Shown here: positions 1-9,032 of the stretch, one piece after another
Numbering within the stretch: position 1 is the first letter of the stretch
How the letters are laid out: the number at the start of each line of letters is the position of its first letter
Source of the DNA: Candidatus Bathyarchaeum sp.
GTDB taxonomy: Archaea > Thermoproteota > Bathyarchaeia > Bathyarchaeales > Bathyarchaeaceae
Length of the DNA: 34,103 bases
Reading direction: 5' to 3'
NCBI GenBank assembly: GCA_026014495.1
Contig: JAOZIF010000108.1
Coordinates: forward strand, 1 to 34,103
Notes under the pieces: model-generated
The model's database searches: none
What the model was told of the DNA's origin: nothing
What the model saw: only the letters and a program-made list of their open reading frames with translations
Position numbers and translations under genes: made by a program

Positions 1-175
1 CACATCTTGGTCAATACAGTTTTCCTAATTCACCTTCTGATTTGGGCTAGACTGGTACCTACCTGTTAATTTGACTGGACGCTTATACAAAATTTTATAC
101 CATTAAGACTAGAAAATTAAATAAACAACTCTATACCTAACATGTTATCTCGCAAGTAAAAGAGAGGAATTTTTC

Positions 176-481
176 ATGGGCTTTTCAGAAGATTTCGGCA
201 GCTCTCCTGCGCATTCACACGCCAACGGCGTAGTGGTTTACACAACCAGCGGATGCACTAGATGTGACATGCTGAAAAAATGGTTAAAAAACAAAAACAC
301 TGGTTTTGAAGAAAAAAATCTAGAAGACTCAGACGTAATGACCGACCTAGTGATGAGAAACTTTGTTGTCATGTCGGCACCAGCCGTAGAAATTAACGGT
401 CAAGTCTACACAGATAGCCAGATATTCGAAAGCAATGGATTGATCAAACCAGACTTCACTAAAATATTCGGGGTCATGTAA
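176..481 (+). CDS. Glutaredoxin/NrdH-like redoxin
   Basis: CxxC motif (YTTSGCTRCDMLK), APAVEING cis-Pro region, 101 aa. Its stop codon abuts the nrdD ATG (TAA-ATG at 479-484). Confidence 0.85.
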   Translation: MGFSEDFGSSPAHSHANGVVVYTTSGCTRCDMLKKWLKNKNTGFEEKNLEDSDVMTDLVMRNFVVMSAPAVEINGQVYTDSQIFESNGLIKPDFTKIFGVM

Positions 482-2683
482 ATGACCGAAATGATTCAAA
501 ACGTCAGACCAATGGTTAGAGGAACCGACGGCTTCATTGTTCCTTGGAGTCGAAAGAAAATTGTGGAACAACTAATAACTGAAACAAAACTGGCTGAAGA
601 ATTCTATGATACGCCTGCAATAAGTGAATATGATGCTGAACAAATCGCTTCTGAAGTCGAAACAAAGGTTTTTGATTTAAATCTCAAGTTCATCAGCGGA
701 CCATTGATACGAGAACTTGTAAACAACATTCTGTTATCAAAAGCTTCACAGAAACCAGAGTTTGCTCTGTATCGAAACATTTTGACTAGGGTAGGTGCAC
801 CAGTCTATAACGCTTACTTGATGGACATGGGAGAAGGCTTTAAAGCAAAAGAAAACGCGAACCTTCAACCTAACCCAGAAACTGCCCACAAACGAAAAGC
901 AGACTGGGTTTCAGGAGAAGAATACCTTCTACTTATGCCTCCACAAATTGCTGACGCTCACTTAGCCGGTGATTTACACATTCACGATTTGGAGTATTTT
1001 GGAACCCGACCTTTCTGTCAAGACTGGGACCTTCGTTACTTCTTCTATTATGGTTTAATGCCCGACGGACTAGGCACAAGAACAAGCATTGCTGGTCCAG
1101 CTAAACATCCAGAAGTAGCAATTCTGCACACCGCCAAAATATTAGCTTCTGCGCAGACAAACTTTGCTGGCGGAGAAGGCTTCTACAACTTCCTAATTTT
1201 CTTGGCACCCTACTTTAGAGGCTTAAGCTATGAGCGAACTCGCCAACTAATGCAAATGATGTTCTTTGAGTACACTCAGGCTTACGTTGCTAGGGGCGGT
1301 CAACTGGTTTTCAGTAACATTCAGGTGCAGCCTGGAGTTCCTGACCTGTGGAAGAACGTTCCCATTGTAATGAATGGACGTGTTGGACCAGACGTTTACG
1401 GAAACTACGAAGACGAAGTCCGTATGATGTTCCGTGCCCTTTACGATGTGGCTGGCAAAGGTGACTACTGGGGAAAGCCCTTCAACTTTCCGAAATTAGA
1501 GAACTCATTGAGTCCAGAGTTCTTCAAGCCTGAATACGATGATGTGTGGCTTGAAGTTCACAAGGTTGTAGGCAAGTTTGGACTGCCCTACTTTGATAAC
1601 CTGATGCCTGACTACAGAGGCTATGGGAAAGGTGTTTCTTGTTACCAGTGTTGTGCTTACTGTTTTGTTGAAACTCCTGAAGACAGTGCAGACTTTTATG
1701 AAAAACTCAACTTTGACGGCGGAAAACACTTCACGATGGGCAGCTGGCAAGTAGCTAGCATGAATCTTCCAAGATTGGCTTACAAAGCGAACGGAAACGA
1801 TGAGGTGCTCTTTGAGGAGAGCCGCAGACTAATGGATTCTGCTCTTGAAGTTTTCAGAGCCAAGAAAAAGTGGATGAATCTTGCCGTGAGCCACGACAGG
1901 ATACCGTTTGCCACACAGCGTCCCTTAGACCCCCGAACTGGAGAGAAAGGAACCACTGCTGTGGATTTTGATGCATTAACCTTTACAATTGGTCTTGTGG
2001 GCGGAAACGAGATGGCACAGTATCATACGGGCTATCAGTTGCACGAAAACATGGAAGGCATCAAAATACTGATCAAATTGATTCTAGAGATGCAAAAATA
2101 CAAGAAAGAACTAGAGCAAAAGAGTGGCTACAAAATAGCCTTAGCCCGAACTCCTGCCGAGTCTACTGCACAACGATTTGCCATATCTGACCTAATAACT
2201 GATGCGTACCGAGGTAACGCAGAAAAACTTGTTAAAGGCGATGTAGGACAAGCCAAGTTTATGCTTGCTAACCACAAGAAAGACGTTCCAGTCTATTACA
2301 GTAACGGGACACATGTTGATGTAGGCGCCAAGATGGGCTTATTTGAACGGATGAACATCGAGCAAAAATTCTTCCCGCTCTTGAATGGCGGAAACATGCT
2401 CCATATTTGGCTGGGAGACGCTAATCCAGACCCTGAAGCCCTCTACAAGCTGACCAAGAAAATCACTACACAAAGCAACATTGGCTACTATGCATACACC
2501 AAAGATTTGACCGTCTGCAGCAGTTGCGCAAAAGTCACTTCACCCATGCGTGAACAATGTCCTAACTGCAATTCTACAGATGTAGAATGGTGGTCTAGAG
2601 TAACAGGATACTATCAGGCAGTTAGTGGATGGAACAAGGGCAAAAAGCAGGAACTCATGGACAGGTACCGAACTGGACTGTAA
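482..2683 (+). CDS. nrdD: Anaerobic (class III) ribonucleoside-triphosphate reductase with N-terminal ATP cone
   Basis: N-terminal ATP cone (GFIVPWSRKKI...LIRELVNNIL), GDLHIHDL, CYQCC finger-loop region, Zn-binding CSSC...CPNC, and glycyl-radical motif SRVTGYY near the C-terminus. Confidence 0.96.
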   Translation: MTEMIQNVRPMVRGTDGFIVPWSRKKIVEQLITETKLAEEFYDTPAISEYDAEQIASEVETKVFDLNLKFISGPLIRELVNNILLSKASQKPEFALYRNILTRVGAPVYNAYLMDMGEGFKAKENANLQPNPETAHKRKADWVSGEEYLLLMPPQIADAHLAGDLHIHDLEYFGTRPFCQDWDLRYFFYYGLMPDGLGTRTSIAGPAKHPEVAILHTAKILASAQTNFAGGEGFYNFLIFLAPYFRGLSYERTRQLMQMMFFEYTQAYVARGGQLVFSNIQVQPGVPDLWKNVPIVMNGRVGPDVYGNYEDEVRMMFRALYDVAGKGDYWGKPFNFPKLENSLSPEFFKPEYDDVWLEVHKVVGKFGLPYFDNLMPDYRGYGKGVSCYQCCAYCFVETPEDSADFYEKLNFDGGKHFTMGSWQVASMNLPRLAYKANGNDEVLFEESRRLMDSALEVFRAKKKWMNLAVSHDRIPFATQRPLDPRTGEKGTTAVDFDALTFTIGLVGGNEMAQYHTGYQLHENMEGIKILIKLILEMQKYKKELEQKSGYKIALARTPAESTAQRFAISDLITDAYRGNAEKLVKGDVGQAKFMLANHKKDVPVYYSNGTHVDVGAKMGLFERMNIEQKFFPLLNGGNMLHIWLGDANPDPEALYKLTKKITTQSNIGYYAYTKDLTVCSSCAKVTSPMREQCPNCNSTDVEWWSRVTGYYQAVSGWNKGKKQELMDRYRTGL

Positions 2684-2702
2684 ACAAGTTAGATTTTGAG
2701 CT

Positions 2703-2726
2703 GGCACATCTGATGTGCCTTTGTTT
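2703..2726 (+). terminator. Probable terminator hairpin after nrdD
   Basis: GGCACAT-CTG-ATGTGCC inverted repeat followed by TTTGTTT, about 20 nt after the stop codon. Confidence 0.55.
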
Positions 2727-2879
2727 ACCCTTTTTCTAAGACCTTTTATCTAGACTACATCTCATAGTCGATATGTGTAGAATTAAACATGTTGAACAAA
2801 GCACAAGTGATGCTGAAAGAATCAATCTGGTAAACGATTATTAGCAACATGACCTACAAACTGGAACGGGTTAGAAAAA

Positions 2880-3971
2880 ATGAGCACAAGAGAACTGAGG
2901 CTTGGTCGAAACGAAATCAATCACTTTCTAACCTTTATCAAAGATCAGCCTCGCGACTTGATTGGCATCTTGACCAAGCCAAAAGCCATACTCAACTGTT
3001 TGTTGGTTGAATTTCAACATAGACTGCTAAAACCATCTTATGTTGCAGGATATCCATACCACCTGACAATTGATACAGGAAACATTTGTCCTCTACGTTG
3101 TGCTTTATGTCCCACGGGTCAACAAAAAAAGGATTTACCGCAAGGTTTTCTTGCATTTGAAGATTTCAAAAAAATTATCGATGAACTTGGCGATTACTTG
3201 TTAATCGTGGAATTGTACAATTGGGGTGAACCGTTTCTAAACAAGGACTTTTTTAGAATGGTCAAATACGCAAGAGACCACAACATCCTAGTTACAACAA
3301 GTTCCAACCTTAACGTTTTTGATGAACAGATTTGCAAAGACCTGCTATGGTCTGGCTTAAACATACTGATGGTGTCTTTGGATGGTGCAAGTCAAAAAAC
3401 TGTTGAAACCTACCAGCGAGGAAACAATTTCGCAAAAGTGTTTGACAACATAAAAGCCATAGTGAAGAAAAAACGGAAACTGAATATTCGCAAGCCTTTG
3501 CTTCAGTGGAAGTTTTTTGTGACAAGATTCACCGAAAAAGAGGTGCCCAGGGCAAAGAAGCTAGCTAAAGAAGTTGGTGTTGACCAAATAGAGTTTGCGA
3601 AGCTTTTGTGTGACATGAGTCAACGCTTCTTTTTGGATGCTGAGTCTCAGTTCGAGAACGTTAAAGATTGGTTGCCTCATAATGAGCAGTATTCAGCATA
3701 TGCTCGCAACTTGAAGAGAAAGAAAAAGTCGCTTAGTAACGATTGTTCATCTTTGTGGACACGCTCTGTTATGAACTGGGACGGTAGTATCTTTCCTTGT
3801 TGTAATGTTTATGGCGAAAAATGGAGTTTTGGAAATGCACTTGAAGAAGGCTTTTGTGCTGTGTGGAATAATGATGCTTACATGGCTTCACGAAAAATAG
3901 TTGCTAACACAAAGGCTGCAAACAAAAAAACAATTTGCTATATCTGCGCAAAAAATGGAGCTATGCAGTAG
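2880..3971 (+). CDS. Radical SAM protein with SPASM/twitch domain
   Basis: CxxxCxxC (CPLRCALC), NWGEPFL, VSLDG, and C-terminal CSSLW...NWDGSIFPCC...CYIC. Confidence 0.9.
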   Translation: MSTRELRLGRNEINHFLTFIKDQPRDLIGILTKPKAILNCLLVEFQHRLLKPSYVAGYPYHLTIDTGNICPLRCALCPTGQQKKDLPQGFLAFEDFKKIIDELGDYLLIVELYNWGEPFLNKDFFRMVKYARDHNILVTTSSNLNVFDEQICKDLLWSGLNILMVSLDGASQKTVETYQRGNNFAKVFDNIKAIVKKKRKLNIRKPLLQWKFFVTRFTEKEVPRAKKLAKEVGVDQIEFAKLLCDMSQRFFLDAESQFENVKDWLPHNEQYSAYARNLKRKKKSLSNDCSSLWTRSVMNWDGSIFPCCNVYGEKWSFGNALEEGFCAVWNNDAYMASRKIVANTKAANKKTICYICAKNGAMQ

Positions 3972-3988
3972 AGGGGGAGAAGAAACAG

Positions 3989-5038
3989 TTGGTTAATATT
4001 AATCCACTTAAACTGAACATGCCTGTGATGCGCACGTTACGGCTTTATTCAAAAATAAAGTTGAAAGTGCCTTCTCCAATGTTTGTTGCCTGGGATATAA
4101 CGTACAAGTGTAACTTGGATTGTTTCTTTTGTGACCGCCAAACAATTTATCGCGACAAACTAAACAACGACCTAACCTTAAATGAGGCAAAAACTGTTAT
4201 CGACAAACTAGCTGACGCTGACGTCATGACCATAGGCATCACTGGAGGAGAAGCCTTACTTAGACCTGACCTCGAAGACATAGTAGAATACGCCGTGGAC
4301 AGGGAGCTAGTTGTCACATTAAGCACAAATGGAACTCTCATGACAGAATCTAGGGCACAGGCGCTCGGTAATCTGTGCCAGTCAATATCCATATCCTTTG
4401 ACGGTTTAGCCGATACTCACAATGATGTACGAGGCAAAAAAGGAGCCTACGCTGATGCGATTCGCGGTCTTAAAATTCTGGCAGAAACAAAGCCTCGTAG
4501 TTGTGCGGTTGGAGTAAATTTTGTCTTGAACAAACGTAACTACAAAGAGTTACGCGAAGTCTTTGACGCCGTAAGAAACGTTGGAGCAGACTACTTTTTT
4601 GTCCAGCCTGTTATCGGCTCCAGCTCTTGGGTTATCCCCAAAGACGCCATCGACGGCTCAGTAAAGCAGATTTTAGAGCTGAAAACCAATTATTGCAGCC
4701 ACATATCCCAATCATATTACTTTCTAAGCCACATCTCAGAATACATTAATGGAACTGCTCCAAAGCTTTGTGATGCTGGCACCTTGTATTTGGCTGTAAA
4801 CAATGAAGGAAAACTGTTTTTGTGTCCAGGGATTCCTCGAACCAAAGAGACTTACATTGGTTCTTTGCTTCAGCATTCTATGGTTGATTTGCTAAAAAGC
4901 AAGAGGATGAAAAAAGTTAAAGAAACCATAATTCCAAACTGCAATCCCTGCCTAATGAATTGCACAACAGAATTCTCTTTGCTTGCAAAATCACCTTTAA
5001 AAACAATCTTAAGCAAATATAGCAGTCTTCAGCTGTGA
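3989..5038 (+). CDS. Radical SAM protein with SPASM/twitch domain
   Basis: CNLDCFFC, TGGEALLRPD, LSTNG, ISFDG, and C-terminal CDAG...GKLFLC...CNPCLMNC. Start moved from 3935 to the TTG at 3989 after a GAGGGGG RBS-like run; the exact start is uncertain. Confidence 0.88.
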   Translation: MVNINPLKLNMPVMRTLRLYSKIKLKVPSPMFVAWDITYKCNLDCFFCDRQTIYRDKLNNDLTLNEAKTVIDKLADADVMTIGITGGEALLRPDLEDIVEYAVDRELVVTLSTNGTLMTESRAQALGNLCQSISISFDGLADTHNDVRGKKGAYADAIRGLKILAETKPRSCAVGVNFVLNKRNYKELREVFDAVRNVGADYFFVQPVIGSSSWVIPKDAIDGSVKQILELKTNYCSHISQSYYFLSHISEYINGTAPKLCDAGTLYLAVNNEGKLFLCPGIPRTKETYIGSLLQHSMVDLLKSKRMKKVKETIIPNCNPCLMNCTTEFSLLAKSPLKTILSKYSSLQL

Positions 5039-5081
5039 CTAAAAAAGGCAGACTGAAAAAACAACTGAAAAACAAGATGTC

Positions 5082-6170
5082 GTGAATCAAGTGTTTGAAC
5101 CAGACGCCCCAGAAACGAGCGAGTGGCTTCCAGAAAAACGTAAGACTCTCACAAGAACCATCCCCCTTCTGGTGTTAGGTCTGGTTATCTTCATTGCTTA
5201 CCTGTATTTCTTTGTTGACATACCAGAAATGCTTGTAACTATCCAGCAAATCGACATCTTCTACTATGTGCTGGCAATTGCGGCTCTACTGTTAAACATG
5301 CTAGCGTATTCTCTAACCTGGCACAGCATTCTACACTCTCTTTCGATTAAGGTTTCCTTCATGAAGACTATGCTGATTACTTGGGTTGGAGCATTTGTTG
5401 AGTTCTTTGTTCCATCCGAATCAATCGGCGAGGATGTCTCCAAAAGCTATCTTATGGCTAAAGAATCAGGTGAAAACACAGGAAAAGTTGTCGCCTCAGT
5501 TCTTGGTCAACGAATAATCTCAATGGTAGTAACCCTGATTGTCTTGATTTTCTGCTCAGTTTCATTGTTAACTTCACAATACGCCATCCCCTCAAGCATA
5601 TCACTTCTGATTGTAATCGTGTCAATTGGCACAGCAATTCCACTTGTCTTCATATTTCTTTTATGCGTAAAAGAACAGTTGACGCTCAGATTAATCGATA
5701 TGCTAATACGTTTCTGCGTTTTCGTTGCACGGGGACGTTTAAACCTTGAAAACCTAAGAGAAAAAGCAAAAAACTCCTTGGAGGGCTTCCATCAGTCAAT
5801 GGGCTTCTTAGGTAAAAATCCAACAAGCTTGATTCAACCACTGTTTTTTGCTCTGGGGAGCTATGCGCTTAGTGTGCTTGTGTCATACTTCGTTTTTGCG
5901 TCTCTTGGTTACACTGTTAGCTTTGTTTTAATAACCGTCGTGTATTCTCTTAGTCGCAGCCTTCAAAGCATCCCCACCATGTTGCCTGGTGAAGTAGGTT
6001 TCATCGAAATTGTAATGACCTACCTTTATACCGACCTCTTAGCATTAGGACCCCAAGCTGCCGCAATCAGCGCCGCAGCAACCGTTCTCACACGAGTTCT
6101 ATGGGTGTGGCTTAGACTCCCCCTCGGATTTATTGCACTGCAATGGATTATGCGCAGAGGCCTACTGTAA
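5082..6170 (+). CDS. Lysylphosphatidylglycerol-synthase-TM / flippase-like (UPF0104, AglD2-like) membrane protein
   Basis: About 8-9 hydrophobic segments with the family motifs VPSESIGEDVSK and PTMLPGEVGFIE, ending ...TRVLWVWLRLPLG. Confidence 0.8.
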   Translation: MNQVFEPDAPETSEWLPEKRKTLTRTIPLLVLGLVIFIAYLYFFVDIPEMLVTIQQIDIFYYVLAIAALLLNMLAYSLTWHSILHSLSIKVSFMKTMLITWVGAFVEFFVPSESIGEDVSKSYLMAKESGENTGKVVASVLGQRIISMVVTLIVLIFCSVSLLTSQYAIPSSISLLIVIVSIGTAIPLVFIFLLCVKEQLTLRLIDMLIRFCVFVARGRLNLENLREKAKNSLEGFHQSMGFLGKNPTSLIQPLFFALGSYALSVLVSYFVFASLGYTVSFVLITVVYSLSRSLQSIPTMLPGEVGFIEIVMTYLYTDLLALGPQAAAISAAATVLTRVLWVWLRLPLGFIALQWIMRRGLL

Positions 6171-6312
6171 AATCTTCTGCACATATTACGACAACATGTT
6201 TTAGCCCCAAATTTGCCTTCTTTTAACACTTATATAGCAAATTTAAAATAGCTGATGCCTAATTCATTGCGCAGAATTCTTTGAATCCTATTTGAGGTGC
6301 CAAAACAGGAAA

Positions 6313-7380
6313 ATGGCAAAAGCCAAAACTAACGGAAATTGTAAGACTCAATCCGTTTTATTGTCGGATTCACGCCCAACAAATTGGAGTGACAGCCGTG
6401 AAAGGCAACTAAAACTGAAACGCCAGTCATGGCAAGTTATGGTTGGTAACACGATATTTCTTGAAGCCAGAAACTTGGCTCCCATTCTTGGCTGTGAACG
6501 TGTTTACCTTAAATTTGAGGGCAGCAATCCTACTGGAACCCAAAAAGACCGAATCGCTATGGTGCTTGCCGATCAGGCAGTTACGTCCGGGCTAGAAGGT
6601 ATTGCAACCGCAACTTGTGGCAACTTTGGCGTAGCAGTTGCCTACGCTGCCCGGCATTATGATTTGGATGCGCACATCTACATTCCCAGAAAATATGATG
6701 TGCCAAAGGATCGGCTAAAACGTATGGAAAATTTTGGTGCAAAAGTTCACTTTGTTGATGGCTACTATGAGGATGCGGTGGCTTACTCTTCTCAGCAGGC
6801 AATAGAAAACAATTGGTTTGATGCTAACCCTGGAGTAAACGAGGTTCCTGAATTGTCTTTAGCCGCTTATGGCGAAATTGCGGTTGAAATTTATCGCGAG
6901 TTGAGGCGAGTTCCCAATTATATTTTCTGTCCTGTTGGAAATGGTACATCTCTTGCGGGAATCTACGCGGGATTCAAAAAATTGTACTTGTCTGGTAAGA
7001 CTATGACTATTCCAAAGATGGTTGCTACCAGCACACGTAGAGGTAACCCCATCATTAAGTCGTTCAAAGAGAACAAACGAACCATATTTGATTTAAAACC
7101 TGAGGAAATCAAAGAGAGCAAAATCAATGAGCCACTAACAAACTGGCATTCTTTTGATGGGCAAATTGCCCTAGACGCAATCTATGAATCTGGAGGCTTC
7201 GCAGAATACGCTTCAGACACAAAAATGCTGGAGTTCTCAAAGCTTGTTCGTTCTGAAGAAGGACTAAGTGTTCTCCCGGCAGCCGCTAGCACCCTTGCTG
7301 TTATGCAAACTCTTGGCAAAGAAGGCTTCATTGTGAAAGGAACGTTTGTAGCCGTTTTGACCGGCAGAGACTTCGATTAA
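6313..7380 (+). CDS. Fold-type II PLP-dependent enzyme (threonine-synthase-like, specificity unknown)
   Basis: LKFEGSNPTGTQKDR (PLP lysine), ATCGNFG, and PVGNGTSLAG phosphate loop. Start uncertain (TTG 6292, ATG 6313 or ATG 6439). Confidence 0.8.
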   Translation: MAKAKTNGNCKTQSVLLSDSRPTNWSDSRERQLKLKRQSWQVMVGNTIFLEARNLAPILGCERVYLKFEGSNPTGTQKDRIAMVLADQAVTSGLEGIATATCGNFGVAVAYAARHYDLDAHIYIPRKYDVPKDRLKRMENFGAKVHFVDGYYEDAVAYSSQQAIENNWFDANPGVNEVPELSLAAYGEIAVEIYRELRRVPNYIFCPVGNGTSLAGIYAGFKKLYLSGKTMTIPKMVATSTRRGNPIIKSFKENKRTIFDLKPEEIKESKINEPLTNWHSFDGQIALDAIYESGGFAEYASDTKMLEFSKLVRSEEGLSVLPAAASTLAVMQTLGKEGFIVKGTFVAVLTGRDFD

Positions 7381-7398
7381 ATCCTGTCTACCTTTTTG

Positions 7399-7953
7399 TT
7401 ATAACCTGCGTTTCATGATGAGGTCTCCTTTTTTGGTGCTGGAGACTGTTTCAAACCCATGGTTTGCGTAGAACTGCTGTAGTGGAATTCCTTTTTCATC
7501 CTTTAATTCAGTGTCCAATACTATCGCATTGTAATGCTTTGTTTTTGCCCAACGAATCAGAAACTCGATGACAATGTTTCCAATGCCTTTTCCTCTTGGT
7601 CTGACAGCAAAAGTGTCTAGGTAAAATGATTTTTTTGGTTCATCTGGAATTGAGTAGCCAAAAAGAATGATTTGAGGTTCACTGTCTACTGTGAGGAACC
7701 AGAAAACAATTTCTTGCTTTTCAAGGGTCTTTTGTAATTCTTCAAAGGAATAATGCAACTCTCGTCTGAATCCCAAATTCTCTACACTATGAAACCAAGA
7801 GAAGTAATGTTTGTTTAGTTCTGTTGGAAAAACTAGCTCCAGCTTTCCATCATAACTGTTAGCTAGTTCATCTAGAATCTGCCGCCAAAACGGGTTGTCT
7901 TTTTCTGGTTGTTGTATCTTTTTTGCTTCACTCACAGCTTGTTTTCTCCCCAA
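7399..7953 (-). CDS. GNAT-family N-acetyltransferase
   Basis: FYLDTFAVRPRGKGIG acetyl-CoA motif A and C-terminal QQFYANHGF. Confidence 0.8.
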   Translation of the reverse strand: MGRKQAVSEAKKIQQPEKDNPFWRQILDELANSYDGKLELVFPTELNKHYFSWFHSVENLGFRRELHYSFEELQKTLEKQEIVFWFLTVDSEPQIILFGYSIPDEPKKSFYLDTFAVRPRGKGIGNIVIEFLIRWAKTKHYNAIVLDTELKDEKGIPLQQFYANHGFETVSSTKKGDLIMKRRL

Positions 7954-7983
7954 ACCTACTGGCTGGCTAGCCCGTTCTAAATC

Positions 7984-8976
7984 TTATAGTTTCATTCCGT
8001 AGCGGTTGCATGCAGATTCAAGAAGTCTGCGTACTAGCATATCATATGTGTATCCAGATTTCATTGCCATATACGGATAAAACGACAGGTCATTTTCTTT
8101 GGTGTCAAAATCCATTCCTGGCAGCGGATTTATTTCCAAAAAAAACAGTTCTCCTTTGCTGTTCATGCGAAAGTCTATTCTCGCAAAATCTTTAGCGCCC
8201 AACGCATACCAGATTTCGCGTGAAACCTGCTCAAGAGTGTCTTTTAGTTTCTGTGGAATTTGTGCGGGACAAACATAGTGTTCAAGAGAGTCTAGGACCG
8301 TTTTGGCTCGTTGCCCAAATACGCCACCTACCTCAGGAAACTTGGAAAAATCGATTTCCAGAATCGAGAGAACCTCTGGCTCTTCGTCTGCGCGTCCGAG
8401 TAGTCCAGTGCTGAATTCTCTGCCCTCAATAAACTGCTCAACAAGTATCGGTTGTTGATACTCGTTTATCATATGCTTTAATTTTATTTGCAGTTGTGTT
8501 TTGTCATAAACCAAATTTTCTTCTGTAATACCAATCGACGAGCCTTCTTCGTTGGGCTTGAGAAGATATGGGAAGCCTTTGTTTATTCTCTGTGATTGCT
8601 GAATGTTTTCACACACGTAAAACTTTGGCGTAGATATATCATGATACAAAAGCGCCTTTTTTGTCCACGCCTTGTTTAAGCAAATCGCTGTAGTCAACAC
8701 GTTAGAGCCAACATATGGTATACCTAACATTTCGAGTATGGCAGGCACATGTGATTCACGACTGTCACCCCTTAGTCCCTCTGCACGGTTGAAGACTAGG
8801 TCTGGTTTTGCAGCTTTGATGCTTTCAGCAAAGTTTTCGTCAGCCTCAACAAAAACATATTCATGTCCAGTGGATTTGATGCCCTGTTTTATGAGTTCAA
8901 TCGTGTGAGGCGGGTCATATTCAACCTCAAACTCTGTTTCTGTTTGGCGAGTATTCAGAACTAGCACTATACGCAT
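7984..8976 (-). CDS. D-Ala-D-Ala-ligase-like ATP-grasp enzyme (non-canonical substrate likely)
   Basis: LLKPNEEGSSIGI, ILVEQFIEGRE, ARIDFRM, LEINPLPG, and LEMLGIPYVGS. It lacks the N-terminal GGxSxE motif of true Ddl. Confidence 0.85.
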   Translation of the reverse strand: MRIVLVLNTRQTETEFEVEYDPPHTIELIKQGIKSTGHEYVFVEADENFAESIKAAKPDLVFNRAEGLRGDSRESHVPAILEMLGIPYVGSNVLTTAICLNKAWTKKALLYHDISTPKFYVCENIQQSQRINKGFPYLLKPNEEGSSIGITEENLVYDKTQLQIKLKHMINEYQQPILVEQFIEGREFSTGLLGRADEEPEVLSILEIDFSKFPEVGGVFGQRAKTVLDSLEHYVCPAQIPQKLKDTLEQVSREIWYALGAKDFARIDFRMNSKGELFFLEINPLPGMDFDTKENDLSFYPYMAMKSGYTYDMLVRRLLESACNRYGMKL

Positions 8977-9032
8977 GACGGATTATCCCACAATAAGAAC
9001 AAATCTAGGTGTAATTAAAATTAGCCCCTCTG

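Noticed and set aside
1-35. Possible start of a divergent minus-strand gene (AGGTGA at 30-35)
   Set aside because: Only about 10 codons lie inside the window, so no start or product can be supported.
2880-5038. Radical SAM genes as the NrdG activase for nrdD
   Set aside because: They are about 350-365 aa with SPASM/twitch tails and are separated from nrdD by a terminator; NrdG-type activases are shorter and lack this tail.
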